This document shows positions 28,750 to 37,973 of a stretch of 64,000 nt of DNA, in pieces. A model generated the notes under the pieces. That model made no database searches. It worked only from the letters and a program-made list of their open reading frames with translations, and was not told the DNA's origin. Positions within the stretch are counted from its first letter, which is position 1. Every line of letters begins with the position of its first letter. The stretch covers positions 62,001-126,000 of the IMG/VR virus record IMGVR_UViG_3300014494_000005; one strand, 5' to 3'. Made by a program: the position numbers and the translations under genes.

Positions 28750-29405
28750 TAATATGTAAATTTTGTTAAAACATTATAATTTTTGTTTAATGCTTTTAAT
28801 GCTATTTCAACTTCTTTAAAGCATTCATTAATACCACCACCACATATTACTAATTTACCTGAAAATTTTTTTAAATAATCCATTAAGTCTGGTATATTAA
28901 TACAATCTTGTGCTGGTTCTAAAAGGTCACGAACAACACTTGTATCATAATCATATTGTCGCATAAATCCATTCCACATTTCTTCATCAATATCACGACT
29001 ATCATTAATATTGTGTTGAATCATATATTTAACAAGATTAACTGTTTCATCTTCTTCAGCACCTTCATCCATACAGGTTCTAAAAAAAGCATAACCTTTA
29101 TCTAAGTATTTGATAACCTGTAAATTATCTTCTTCCAATCCATTTTCTAACAACCACATTTTATAATCATTTTCACTTATCATACCTAATGTATCAGCAC
29201 CATTATATAATAAAGTAATTGAATTCATGTTATAAATATTTTCATTAATAAATTTTGTAAATTGATAAATATTAAAAGTAAAACCTTTTTCATATTCTGG
29301 TTGAATATCAACAGAAATTAAATTAGCGTTTTGAACAAGATTAATTCCAGAATCTTCCAATAATTTATTACGTTGCTGTTCTTTAATTATAATTTCTCTT
29401 TTCAT
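28749..29405 (-). CDS. Cysteine hydrolase (isochorismatase/nicotinamidase-like) fold protein
   Basis: LISVDIQP (catalytic D) and LVICGGGINECF (catalytic C); leader MKREIII.EQQ...LLE. Confidence 0.5.
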   Translation of the reverse strand: MKREIIIKEQQRNKLLEDSGINLVQNANLISVDIQPEYEKGFTFNIYQFTKFINENIYNMNSITLLYNGADTLGMISENDYKMWLLENGLEEDNLQVIKYLDKGYAFFRTCMDEGAEEDETVNLVKYMIQHNINDSRDIDEEMWNGFMRQYDYDTSVVRDLLEPAQDCINIPDLMDYLKKFSGKLVICGGGINECFKEVEIALKALNKNYNVLTKFTY

Positions 29406-29435
29406 TTAGTTAAAATTTCTTTTATGAAGATGTTT

Positions 29436-32400
29436 TTAAGCATAAAATATTTTATTTTTAATTGGTATTGCTTGCGGAGAATCCATAATATCTTCACCAT
29501 TTATATATAATTCTTCAATTTTTAATGATGTATTTTTAAATAATGTTATTTCTTTTTCATCTTCGCCAAGAGCCAAATCCATATTAGCATATATTGTATT
29601 AGTCCAATCAATATTGTCTTCTTTCACAGATGTTTTTATTATTGCTTTATTATATTTTTTACTATCTCCCCAATGTGCTTCAGCAGCATTTTCTTCCCAA
29701 GACCAATAAATACCTAAATGTTTTCCTTGTGTACCAATATGATAAATCCAATTATCATCAACTGTCATTTCTCTCCAAATATCAATAGTATCATTTGGTT
29801 TTATTTTTTCTTTTATTTTATCTATTACATCATCATATTTATATTTTAATTCCCATATAAACCATTCTTTAAAATCTTCATTTTGTTCAATAACTTCCTT
29901 ATCTTCATCCTCCAAATTATTTTCATATTTATAATATTCAATATATCTTTCATAATTATCACTACGTTTCACATCTTTTATATATTGCGGTGTTATTATA
30001 TTATCTGAAGTTATTGAATCAATTGGTGTTTCATTTAAAACATCATTATCTGTAAGTTTCCATAATAATTTATGTTTTAATTTTTCATTATGGCTAAAAT
30101 CTTCATAATTATTTTGTAAAAATTCTAATACTGATGCTTCATTTGGGTCTGAATATTCTGCTCTTCCTCTTCCACTTTCAGTATTCCATATATCATATTC
30201 TTTAGCAAAGAAATTAATATCAACTATTTTATTGTTTACAACATATTTACCATCACCAACTTCATGATATTCTTCAGTAAGATTAATAGGCATACTACCA
30301 TATTTAATAAGACCATAATATTCTAAATAAAAATCATATTGTGGATTTTTTCTTTTTGTTGCACGTAATATTTCAATTGATGTTTCTTTTTGGTCTTCAC
30401 CTCTTTGAATAAATTCTTCACCCGAATCACTCAATCCAAAATTATTAGAATCACTTACTCTTTGTAATACTTGATAATTGAAATTATTATATACATATTC
30501 GGTAATTCCTAATATATCTGCCATATCTGCATGATTAAAAGCACCATCAGATTGTGCAACAAATAAGTTTCCATCACTATCAGCAATTGCTCTAACATTT
30601 TTATCAAAATTAGTTAACGATTTTGGATTCTTAAAAAATAAATCACCCTCTTCACTAATTGCATATGGTTTTTCTTTATTTTTTTCTATACCACCCATTG
30701 CTTTAACATCCATTGCAGTATTTGAATCAGGAACATTAAAAGTTTTTTCTGCATATTTATCTGCAACACCTTCTTGTTTTATTGATTTATTTTTTTGACT
30801 TGTCAAATTTAATAAATCATCTCGATTATTCCTAACATTATTTGAATATACCTTTAACAATAATGATTTTAACATATCACCAATCTCTTTACCTTTTAAT
30901 CCAAATTGAATTAAATCATTGCCATTAATTGCTAGTTCACCAACTGCTTTTGGATATTTGCCTTGTAATAATTCTTGTGCTGCGGTTTCAATTACACTAG
31001 GTATTATTTGGCTTTGAAGTGATTGTGGTGATGTTACATACATATTATGCACAACTGTTCGTGCTTCAATTAAATTAGTTGCTTCACCACTATCAAATGC
31101 CATTTCAAGTGCTTTAATTTCCTTATAAGTATCAATATCACCCTTTAAATTATTTTTATAAAATTCTGCAGGATTTGGTAATAATCGTATTAATAAATAA
31201 ATAAACTCACCTATTGTTTTAACTTCTTCAAATGGACTTCTATCAATTGTTGATTGTTTTAAATCAAAATTAAAAATTTGTTGAAATAAACCAGTGTCTT
31301 TAAGTAGTTGTATACCAATACGTTTGTCACCTTTTTTTAAAATTTTATCGAACTCAATTAATATTCTTTCTGGCGGAATTTCTTTAATACGACTTGCATT
31401 ATCTTTAATCATTTGCATTGTTTGTGGTTCAATTGTAAAATCAAAACGACTTGCAAACCCTATCATTCGCATCATACGTAATGGGTCATCTGAAAATGCC
31501 TGTGGATTTGCAGCAGAAATTTGTTTATTTTTTATATCTTCCAATCCACCGAGTGGGTCAATAAATTTACCTGAATTAATATTAATTGCCATTGCATTCA
31601 GCTTTGCGTCACGTCTCGTCAAATCATCTTCAATTGGAAGATTTTCATCACTCTGAACATCAAAACCATGATAACCACCTTCACCATTTGGTTTTTCTTT
31701 ACGTGGTAACGCTATATCATAATCAGTACCATCTTTATCAATAAATTTTATAACACCAAATGATTTGCCAACAACATCAACTTTACCAAATTTTTGTAAT
31801 TGCGATATTAATAAATCAATTGATGTGTTTCTAACAATTAAATCAATATCTTTATTGGGTTTGTTAAGTACCAAATCTCTCACAACCCCACCAACAGCAT
31901 AAATTTCAGACCCTAAGTCATTTATAAGTGATTGAATAAATGGTTTTTGTTTTAAATTATTTACAAATTCAGTAATTTTATTATTTGGTTGTATATTGTT
32001 TTCGCACATATTCTCTGCAATATTTATTGAATCTAAATCAAAAACTACTTTAGCTGGAAATGATGAAATTCCTAATTCTCGTAATGCATCAAATCTATGA
32101 CCACCTTCTAAAACATATGAACCATCTTCATCAATAACAACAATTAGTGGACTAATTTCTTTATTATATTCAATCTGTTTTGCTAATTTTTTTGTTTTTT
32201 GTTCTTCATCAGGAGAATAATATTTTAAATCTCCCATTTGTGGAAATGAATTGAATGAAACTTCTCTAATTCCATTAAGTATTTCATAATTTGTTAATGA
32301 TGCTTCAATTGAATTCATGTTTGGAACATCATTTCGAATTATTAATCCATTAATATTATTTCCATTTATTATTGGAAATTCATGATTTAATGTTTCATAA

Positions 32401-32498
32401 CTAAAATTTTGTGCATTACTGATAACAGATTCATTAATTTGTTTTCTCATATAATTTTCAAATAATATTATTTCACTATTAATAATGTCTATTAGCAT
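29436..32498 (-). CDS. Polyvalent protein: ParB-like + class II CCA-adding/poly(A) polymerase-family nucleotidyltransferase + two unknown domains + ADP-ribosyltransferase-like domain
   Basis: EGGHRFDAL (ParB); YAVGGVVRDL...KDIDL, DDLTRRDAKLNAMA, FSDDPLRMMR, PERI..EF.K (CCA); IWRE / GIYWSW / EDEKEI (R-S-E ART). Start moved to MLIDII (32498), 13 nt from the motif. Confidence 0.85.
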   Translation of the reverse strand: MLIDIINSEIILFENYMRKQINESVISNAQNFSYETLNHEFPIINGNNINGLIIRNDVPNMNSIEASLTNYEILNGIREVSFNSFPQMGDLKYYSPDEEQKTKKLAKQIEYNKEISPLIVVIDEDGSYVLEGGHRFDALRELGISSFPAKVVFDLDSINIAENMCENNIQPNNKITEFVNNLKQKPFIQSLINDLGSEIYAVGGVVRDLVLNKPNKDIDLIVRNTSIDLLISQLQKFGKVDVVGKSFGVIKFIDKDGTDYDIALPRKEKPNGEGGYHGFDVQSDENLPIEDDLTRRDAKLNAMAININSGKFIDPLGGLEDIKNKQISAANPQAFSDDPLRMMRMIGFASRFDFTIEPQTMQMIKDNASRIKEIPPERILIEFDKILKKGDKRIGIQLLKDTGLFQQIFNFDLKQSTIDRSPFEEVKTIGEFIYLLIRLLPNPAEFYKNNLKGDIDTYKEIKALEMAFDSGEATNLIEARTVVHNMYVTSPQSLQSQIIPSVIETAAQELLQGKYPKAVGELAINGNDLIQFGLKGKEIGDMLKSLLLKVYSNNVRNNRDDLLNLTSQKNKSIKQEGVADKYAEKTFNVPDSNTAMDVKAMGGIEKNKEKPYAISEEGDLFFKNPKSLTNFDKNVRAIADSDGNLFVAQSDGAFNHADMADILGITEYVYNNFNYQVLQRVSDSNNFGLSDSGEEFIQRGEDQKETSIEILRATKRKNPQYDFYLEYYGLIKYGSMPINLTEEYHEVGDGKYVVNNKIVDINFFAKEYDIWNTESGRGRAEYSDPNEASVLEFLQNNYEDFSHNEKLKHKLLWKLTDNDVLNETPIDSITSDNIITPQYIKDVKRSDNYERYIEYYKYENNLEDEDKEVIEQNEDFKEWFIWELKYKYDDVIDKIKEKIKPNDTIDIWREMTVDDNWIYHIGTQGKHLGIYWSWEENAAEAHWGDSKKYNKAIIKTSVKEDNIDWTNTIYANMDLALGEDEKEITLFKNTSLKIEELYINGEDIMDSPQAIPIKNKIFYA

Positions 32499-32510
32499 AA
32501 AAATCTTTAA

Positions 32511-32519
32511 TATAAATAC
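32511..32519 (-). promoter_or_regulatory. Phage GTATTTATA upstream motif (leftward of divergent pair)
   Basis: 13 nt before ATG 32498. Confidence 0.75.
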
Positions 32520-32589
32520 AATAAAAAAAATCAATATTTAAAATTTTAAATAAAATTTTGTCCATCATAATAAAATATTAATTATTGTA

Positions 32590-32598
32590 GTATTTATA
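32590..32598 (+). promoter_or_regulatory. Phage GTATTTATA upstream motif on plus strand (rightward of divergent pair)
   Basis: Reads GTATTTATA on plus, 67 nt before ATG 32665 of the only plus-strand gene. Confidence 0.7.
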
Positions 32599-32664
32599 TA
32601 CATTAGAAGAAGATTTAAATTTTTTCCGTAATTATATGTTCTATTTTTAATAAAAAACAAATGT

Positions 32665-33669
32665 ATGAAAAATTATGATATAAACGAAATTGCAAATTTA
32701 TATTTTATAAAAAAATACTCATTAGAAAAAATAGGAAAACTCATGCACGTACAGCCAAAAAAAATTAGCAATTTATTAAAGATAAATGGATATGTTTTAG
32801 ATAATAGGTCTCATGATGGTAATAGTAGAAGATATTATGTTGATAAAAATTTTTTTAAAAAAATTGATAATAAAAATAAAGCATATGTATTAGGATTAAT
32901 TATTTCAGATGGTTGCATTTATAAAAATGCAATTACATTCACATCTAAAGATATTGAGTTGGTTGAAATCTTAAAGAGAGAACTTAAATCCGAACATAAA
33001 TTAGCAACATATAATGTTTTTGATAAAAGAACAAATAAATATTATTTAAGAAATTCATTATCAATTCCATCTAAAGAAATTATTAATGATTTAAATAATT
33101 TGGGTGTTTTTTCTAAGAAATCCTTTGATTGTCAAATGCCAAATATACCTGAAGAATATTTTTGGCATTTTGTTAGAGGTATTTTTGATGGTGATGGAAC
33201 AATATTTAAAGCAACATCAAATAAGGAAGGATGTTTATATTTTTCAATTATTGGGTCGGAAAATTTATTGACAGAAATAAAAAATAAATTTAATTTAGTG
33301 GGAATATCTAATACAAAAATAATTAATACTGATTATAAATCAAACAATGGACATCTTATTAGAATTAATTACCATTCATTTCATGATGTTAATATATTAA
33401 AAAATAAAATATATTGTGATTCTGAAGACTTAAGGTTATCAAGAAAATATGATTTATTTCAAACACTAAGAGAATATAAAAAAGGTAATTTTGACCACAC
33501 AAAACAATTACGACAAATAAAAATGTATGATTTAAATAATAATTTTATTAAACATTTTAATAATTTTCATGAAGTAAAAAAAGAAACAGGATTATCATAT
33601 AAATCAATTCATAGAGTTGCGATGGGTATTAGAAAAAACACCAAAAAATATATATTTAAATATATTTAA
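32665..33669 (+). mobile_element. Free-standing two-motif LAGLIDADG homing endonuclease with C-terminal NUMOD1-like HTH
   Basis: AYVLGLIISDGCI and FVRGIFDGDGTI; C-terminal IKMYDLNNNFIKHF.N..E....G...I; only plus-strand gene. Confidence 0.85.
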
Positions 33670-36600
33670 TTTATTTTTTTCTTGTGTTCTCTTGCATAAT
33701 TATTTACAAACTTATTATATATATTTTCACTTATTTTATGATTCATACCGCTTTTTACTTTTTTTCTAAATTCTACTTCTGCTTTATTGGCAATTTCATG
33801 TGCACCATCTTTGCCACTATCGTCATTACTATACTTTAAGCCATAATATTTCATTAAATGTCTTTCTAGCGTTTCATGTAAAAGTATTGCACCTAAATCA
33901 TCAGGTTTAATTAAAAATACATCATCAATCCAAATTTCGTCTTCAGGAATATATTTAGCATATTTTTGCTCTTTCTTTGGTAAATCCAAATCAACGTAAT
34001 GATGTCCACCGTCAACATATTCATCGAACGAATTTTTTCTCACATGGTCACCATTAATTGCATATACTTTATAGTCATCTTCTTGAAATAAGAACAATTT
34101 ATCTAATCCATGTATTTTATTGTCTTTTTCAATTTGCTTTTCAAAATCCTTAAATGATTGTTCATTAAGATTATTATTTTTCATTAAAACTAAATAACCA
34201 CCATCACCATCTTCAGCAATAATTTCGCCAGTTAAATCAAATTCATCAATATCTGAAAAATCATTTTCATTTGAATATCTTGTAGCATCTTCAAATGTTT
34301 TTGTAACCCAGACAATATTATTAGCAGGATATTTATTCAATTCAGCTAATTTTTCTTCAGGTATATTCATTTCTTCATTACCAAGTTCATCTCTTTCAAA
34401 CCTAACAACATCTCCAGCAGATGTACCTTTTTTTTGTGAAAATAAACTATCTACCCGATATGCTTTACCAATATAATTAACATTTTCATTAATTGTTTTA
34501 ATATCAAGATTATTAATATCACCTTGATTACAAGCTACACTTGTATTTCCCAAACCACCTAATCTACATTTCTTTTTTACTGTAACAGCTTGTGCTCCTT
34601 TCATAAATGATTTTTTTCCAATTTCATCAAGAGCAAATTTATCTTGTGTTGCATCACCTACAACATGATGATATTCTAAATCTTCTTTTACACTTTCTGG
34701 AGTTGTTGGTACGTTATTATCTGTAACTGGAGATGTATCATTATTTTCATATGGTGGAAAATTATCCTGTCCAATACTATTTGGTGTTGAGAATTTTGAA
34801 GTTCCATCTTCAGTTATTTTTATATTTTCTGCACCATTCGGTTGTAAGTAACCATTACTAAATCCCACATCAAAAAATGCAATTACTCCATTTTTTTTAT
34901 ATCCTAAATTAGTATAATTAAAATAATCCAAACTTTCAACTCCATATTGTTTTGCTTCTTCAGCAATTCTTAATATAGAATAAAAAAATTCAGCATCTTC
35001 TGGATTTTTTGACATATATCCATCAATTTTTTTTGTATCTATGTCCCCATATCCATTTATATAATAATCAATAATATCATAAAGTCTGAGATTAAATATT
35101 TTTCCAAAAATAAAATCAATTCTTTCTTTAAGTCTTTTAAATTTTTGTGGGTCTGTTTTTAATTTTTCCAAAACAATTGCATATGTTTTAGAAATATATG
35201 TATTTTTTGAATCGATTGTAAATACATTATATGGTTGTGCTATATATTTTAATGGTTTATTTATAAGTTTTAAATTTTCTGCTGCTTCACTATTATCTGC
35301 AGTTATTTTTAAAATTTTATCATCACCAATATCATAAGCAACACCATATTCACCAGCATCAATAAATTTTGGTTCGTTATATCCTCTTATTTTAGCAATT
35401 TGTTTTGCGATATTATCTGCAATATTTCTATTATATTTTTCATCTAATATTTCTTCGTTTTCAGGTAAAAATATAATATTTGCATCTCCCAAATCAGGTT
35501 CATTAACGCCATAATAATCACCAACATCAAAAAATTTTAAAATACCATCCTCATATCCAAGATTTTTGGGATTACTATAATCATCTGATTTAATATTATA
35601 ACTCAACAGTTCTTTTTTTATTTCAAATAATTCTATTAACCAATCATATGCTTGTTGTCTTTCAATATTAGAAATATTTACTTCAGGTTTTTCTGTAAGT
35701 ATATTTTTTGCCAAATTAACTAAATTATTATAATCAAAACGTTTTTTCATTATAATATAGAAATCAACTGTCGTCATATCATTTGGCATAATAGTATCTA
35801 TTATTTCAACATTTCGAACAAATTGTTGAACTGGTTTGTCAATAATATTACGTTCAATTATTCCAAAAAATGATTTATTTTTTTCAGTATCAACTATTTT
35901 ATATATATTGTAAACAATTGCAATATGTATTGGTTTTACTCTTATTAATTTAGCTGCAGCATCTGCTTCACTAATATCAGTAGTAAGTTTTAAAATCTTT
36001 GTATCTCCAATATCAAATACATGACCACCAGTACTACCTGCCATATATTCTATAGTTTTTATTCCTAATTTTTCTGCAATTGAATTTGCTAATTGAATTG
36101 CATAATTTTTATCAAATACGATGTCTTGAACTTGTGGTACTTCATGTTTAATATCTTCATTTATAACATATTCTTCACTACTAAGTGGTTCTCTATCATA
36201 ATAATTTTGTGAAATAAGATATTTTTGAAGTTCTAATAAATTATTATAAAATTTTTTCTTATCATCAACATGATTTAATGTTTCCTTAAGATTATTTACA
36301 CATTCATGAAAATTATCTACAAGTTGTGGCATATTTTTTATAGGCTTATTTGGATATATGCTTCTTCTTATAATAAATTCTTTAAATTCTTCATTTATTA
36401 CACCATCGCCATCACCTACACCATATGGCATTAATGCCCACATTCCATGTCTTTGGTCTTGTCCAACGTTACCTATATCGGAAAGAATATCATCATTACC
36501 ATTAGCAAAATTATACAATTCATACATGTGATATTTTTGTTTTTTTTGAGGACTATAATGAGTATCATATACTTCATCATTAAGACCATAATCAGTTAAT

Positions 36601-37157
36601 ACAATTGTGGGTTGACCATCATGAAGTACTTCACCATAAGAACTTGGTCTACTTAAATCACCAACATTTATTGAATAATTTGCAACAAAATCAATTAAAT
36701 CAATAACAAATTCATTATTATCTAATTGATTTTTAATATTTTCATCTTGTCCAAATATTGGTCTACCACCTCTATTTTCAGATTCATAGTTTCTTAAATA
36801 ATAAAATAAATCGCTAAGACTTGGAATACCAGTTAATTCTTTGATTCTCTTTTCACCCACCTTTTTTACTTTTTCCGCAATCAACCAACTATCATCATCT
36901 GCATTGTCATAAATAATTGTAACAATATGTTGTGTATCTCTATAATATCCAATATTGGCTTCGGCTTCATTTTGTGCAATACCTTTTTGATTTTTTGCTA
37001 ATTTTAATACTTTCTGACCATCAATATCATAAACAATTCTACCACTACCACTACCAATTCTTGATAGATGTTCATTAGCATATTGTATTCTACTTGCAAA
37101 TGATTTTATGTTAAGAAATTCCGTTAAGAAATTCTGTTTAAATTCATCGTATGTCAT
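33666..37157 (-). CDS. Polyvalent protein: three tandem protein-kinase-like domains + ART-like domain + zincin metallopeptidase
   Basis: Gly loops GSGSGRIVY / AGSTGGHVF / AGEYGVAY; VLKL / ILKL / ILKI; D...N.G and DYG/DVG x3; AYR...WVT..A.RY; LLHETLE...AHEIA. Confidence 0.85.
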   Translation of the reverse strand: MTYDEFKQNFLTEFLNIKSFASRIQYANEHLSRIGSGSGRIVYDIDGQKVLKLAKNQKGIAQNEAEANIGYYRDTQHIVTIIYDNADDDSWLIAEKVKKVGEKRIKELTGIPSLSDLFYYLRNYESENRGGRPIFGQDENIKNQLDNNEFVIDLIDFVANYSINVGDLSRPSSYGEVLHDGQPTIVLTDYGLNDEVYDTHYSPQKKQKYHMYELYNFANGNDDILSDIGNVGQDQRHGMWALMPYGVGDGDGVINEEFKEFIIRRSIYPNKPIKNMPQLVDNFHECVNNLKETLNHVDDKKKFYNNLLELQKYLISQNYYDREPLSSEEYVINEDIKHEVPQVQDIVFDKNYAIQLANSIAEKLGIKTIEYMAGSTGGHVFDIGDTKILKLTTDISEADAAAKLIRVKPIHIAIVYNIYKIVDTEKNKSFFGIIERNIIDKPVQQFVRNVEIIDTIMPNDMTTVDFYIIMKKRFDYNNLVNLAKNILTEKPEVNISNIERQQAYDWLIELFEIKKELLSYNIKSDDYSNPKNLGYEDGILKFFDVGDYYGVNEPDLGDANIIFLPENEEILDEKYNRNIADNIAKQIAKIRGYNEPKFIDAGEYGVAYDIGDDKILKITADNSEAAENLKLINKPLKYIAQPYNVFTIDSKNTYISKTYAIVLEKLKTDPQKFKRLKERIDFIFGKIFNLRLYDIIDYYINGYGDIDTKKIDGYMSKNPEDAEFFYSILRIAEEAKQYGVESLDYFNYTNLGYKKNGVIAFFDVGFSNGYLQPNGAENIKITEDGTSKFSTPNSIGQDNFPPYENNDTSPVTDNNVPTTPESVKEDLEYHHVVGDATQDKFALDEIGKKSFMKGAQAVTVKKKCRLGGLGNTSVACNQGDINNLDIKTINENVNYIGKAYRVDSLFSQKKGTSAGDVVRFERDELGNEEMNIPEEKLAELNKYPANNIVWVTKTFEDATRYSNENDFSDIDEFDLTGEIIAEDGDGGYLVLMKNNNLNEQSFKDFEKQIEKDNKIHGLDKLFLFQEDDYKVYAINGDHVRKNSFDEYVDGGHHYVDLDLPKKEQKYAKYIPEDEIWIDDVFLIKPDDLGAILLHETLERHLMKYYGLKYSNDDSGKDGAHEIANKAEVEFRKKVKSGMNHKISENIYNKFVNNYAREHKKKIN

Positions 37158-37176
37158 TTTTGAATATAAGTATATT

Positions 37177-37185
37177 CATAAATAG
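37177..37185 (-). promoter_or_regulatory. Variant motif (sense CTATTTATG)
   Basis: 20 nt before ATG 37157. Confidence 0.6.
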
Positions 37186-37227
37186 TTAAGTTTTTAATGA
37201 ATTTTATAAAAATAATGAATTTATATG

Positions 37228-37941
37228 TTATTTTACTGTTTTTGCTTTACTCTTTGCTTGTATTTCTCGAATAGTTTCGTATACAAGTGTTTTTATCATT
37301 TCACGATTTTCCTGTAAAACTTCTTTAATTCTTTCAACTGCATACATTTCAATGATTGTACCTTTAATTGCTTCTTCTACAACAGGACCAAAATTATCTA
37401 TTAGATAATTATCAACAATTTTCTTTACATTCTCAACCAAATAACCTTCATTAATTTGCATTGGTTGTCCAGAATTTGGATTGTAAGATGATATTCCAGT
37501 ATTCATACCCTTATTCGATACTATTCCTGCAGATATTGCTTCAGCAAGTGTTTGTTTTCTTTTATTTTCAAGGTCTTTATATAATAATTCATCTCTTTCC
37601 GGTGACATATCAACTGCTTCATGTATAACTGGATGTTGTTGCGGACGTTGTTGTTGTGGATGTTGTTGTTGTGGATGTTGTGGTTCAACAGTTTCATTAA
37701 TCGGTAGTCTTGTTGTTTCTTTTTTCTTTACAGCCACTTGATTATCAACAATTTTAACTAAATTACTTGATGCTGTATCTCTACCAGTTTTTAAAGATTC
37801 TATTAATCCATATAAAAATGTATCTCTTGGTGATGCTCCGAATTGATTCTGTTCACCCATACCATCAGGTGCTATATTTTTCTCTTTTCTACGACTTGCT
37901 ATTTCGGTTTTAAGTTTATTTAAATCAGGTTTTGTTGCCAT
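37228..37941 (-). CDS. Hypothetical protein with Q/H/P-rich linker
   Basis: 237 aa, PQHPQQQHPQQQRPQQHP; own upstream motif. Confidence 0.7.
   Translation of the reverse strand: MATKPDLNKLKTEIASRRKEKNIAPDGMGEQNQFGASPRDTFLYGLIESLKTGRDTASSNLVKIVDNQVAVKKKETTRLPINETVEPQHPQQQHPQQQRPQQHPVIHEAVDMSPERDELLYKDLENKRKQTLAEAISAGIVSNKGMNTGISSYNPNSGQPMQINEGYLVENVKKIVDNYLIDNFGPVVEEAIKGTIIEMYAVERIKEVLQENREMIKTLVYETIREIQAKSKAKTVK
37631..37682. repeat. 15-bp imperfect tandem repeat (QQQHP)
   Basis: ggatgttgttgttgt-like units x3. Confidence 0.75.
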
Positions 37942-37963
37942 TTTATAAAATTTTATATTTTTT

Positions 37964-37972
37964 TATAAATAC
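37964..37972 (-). promoter_or_regulatory. Phage GTATTTATA upstream motif
   Basis: 23 nt before ATG 37941. Confidence 0.7.
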
Positions 37973-37973
37973 T

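Noticed and set aside
32665-33669. LAGLIDADG as part of a group I intron or intein
   Set aside because: It lies antisense between two complete ORFs with their own start and stop, and no structured GC-richer intron core is visible
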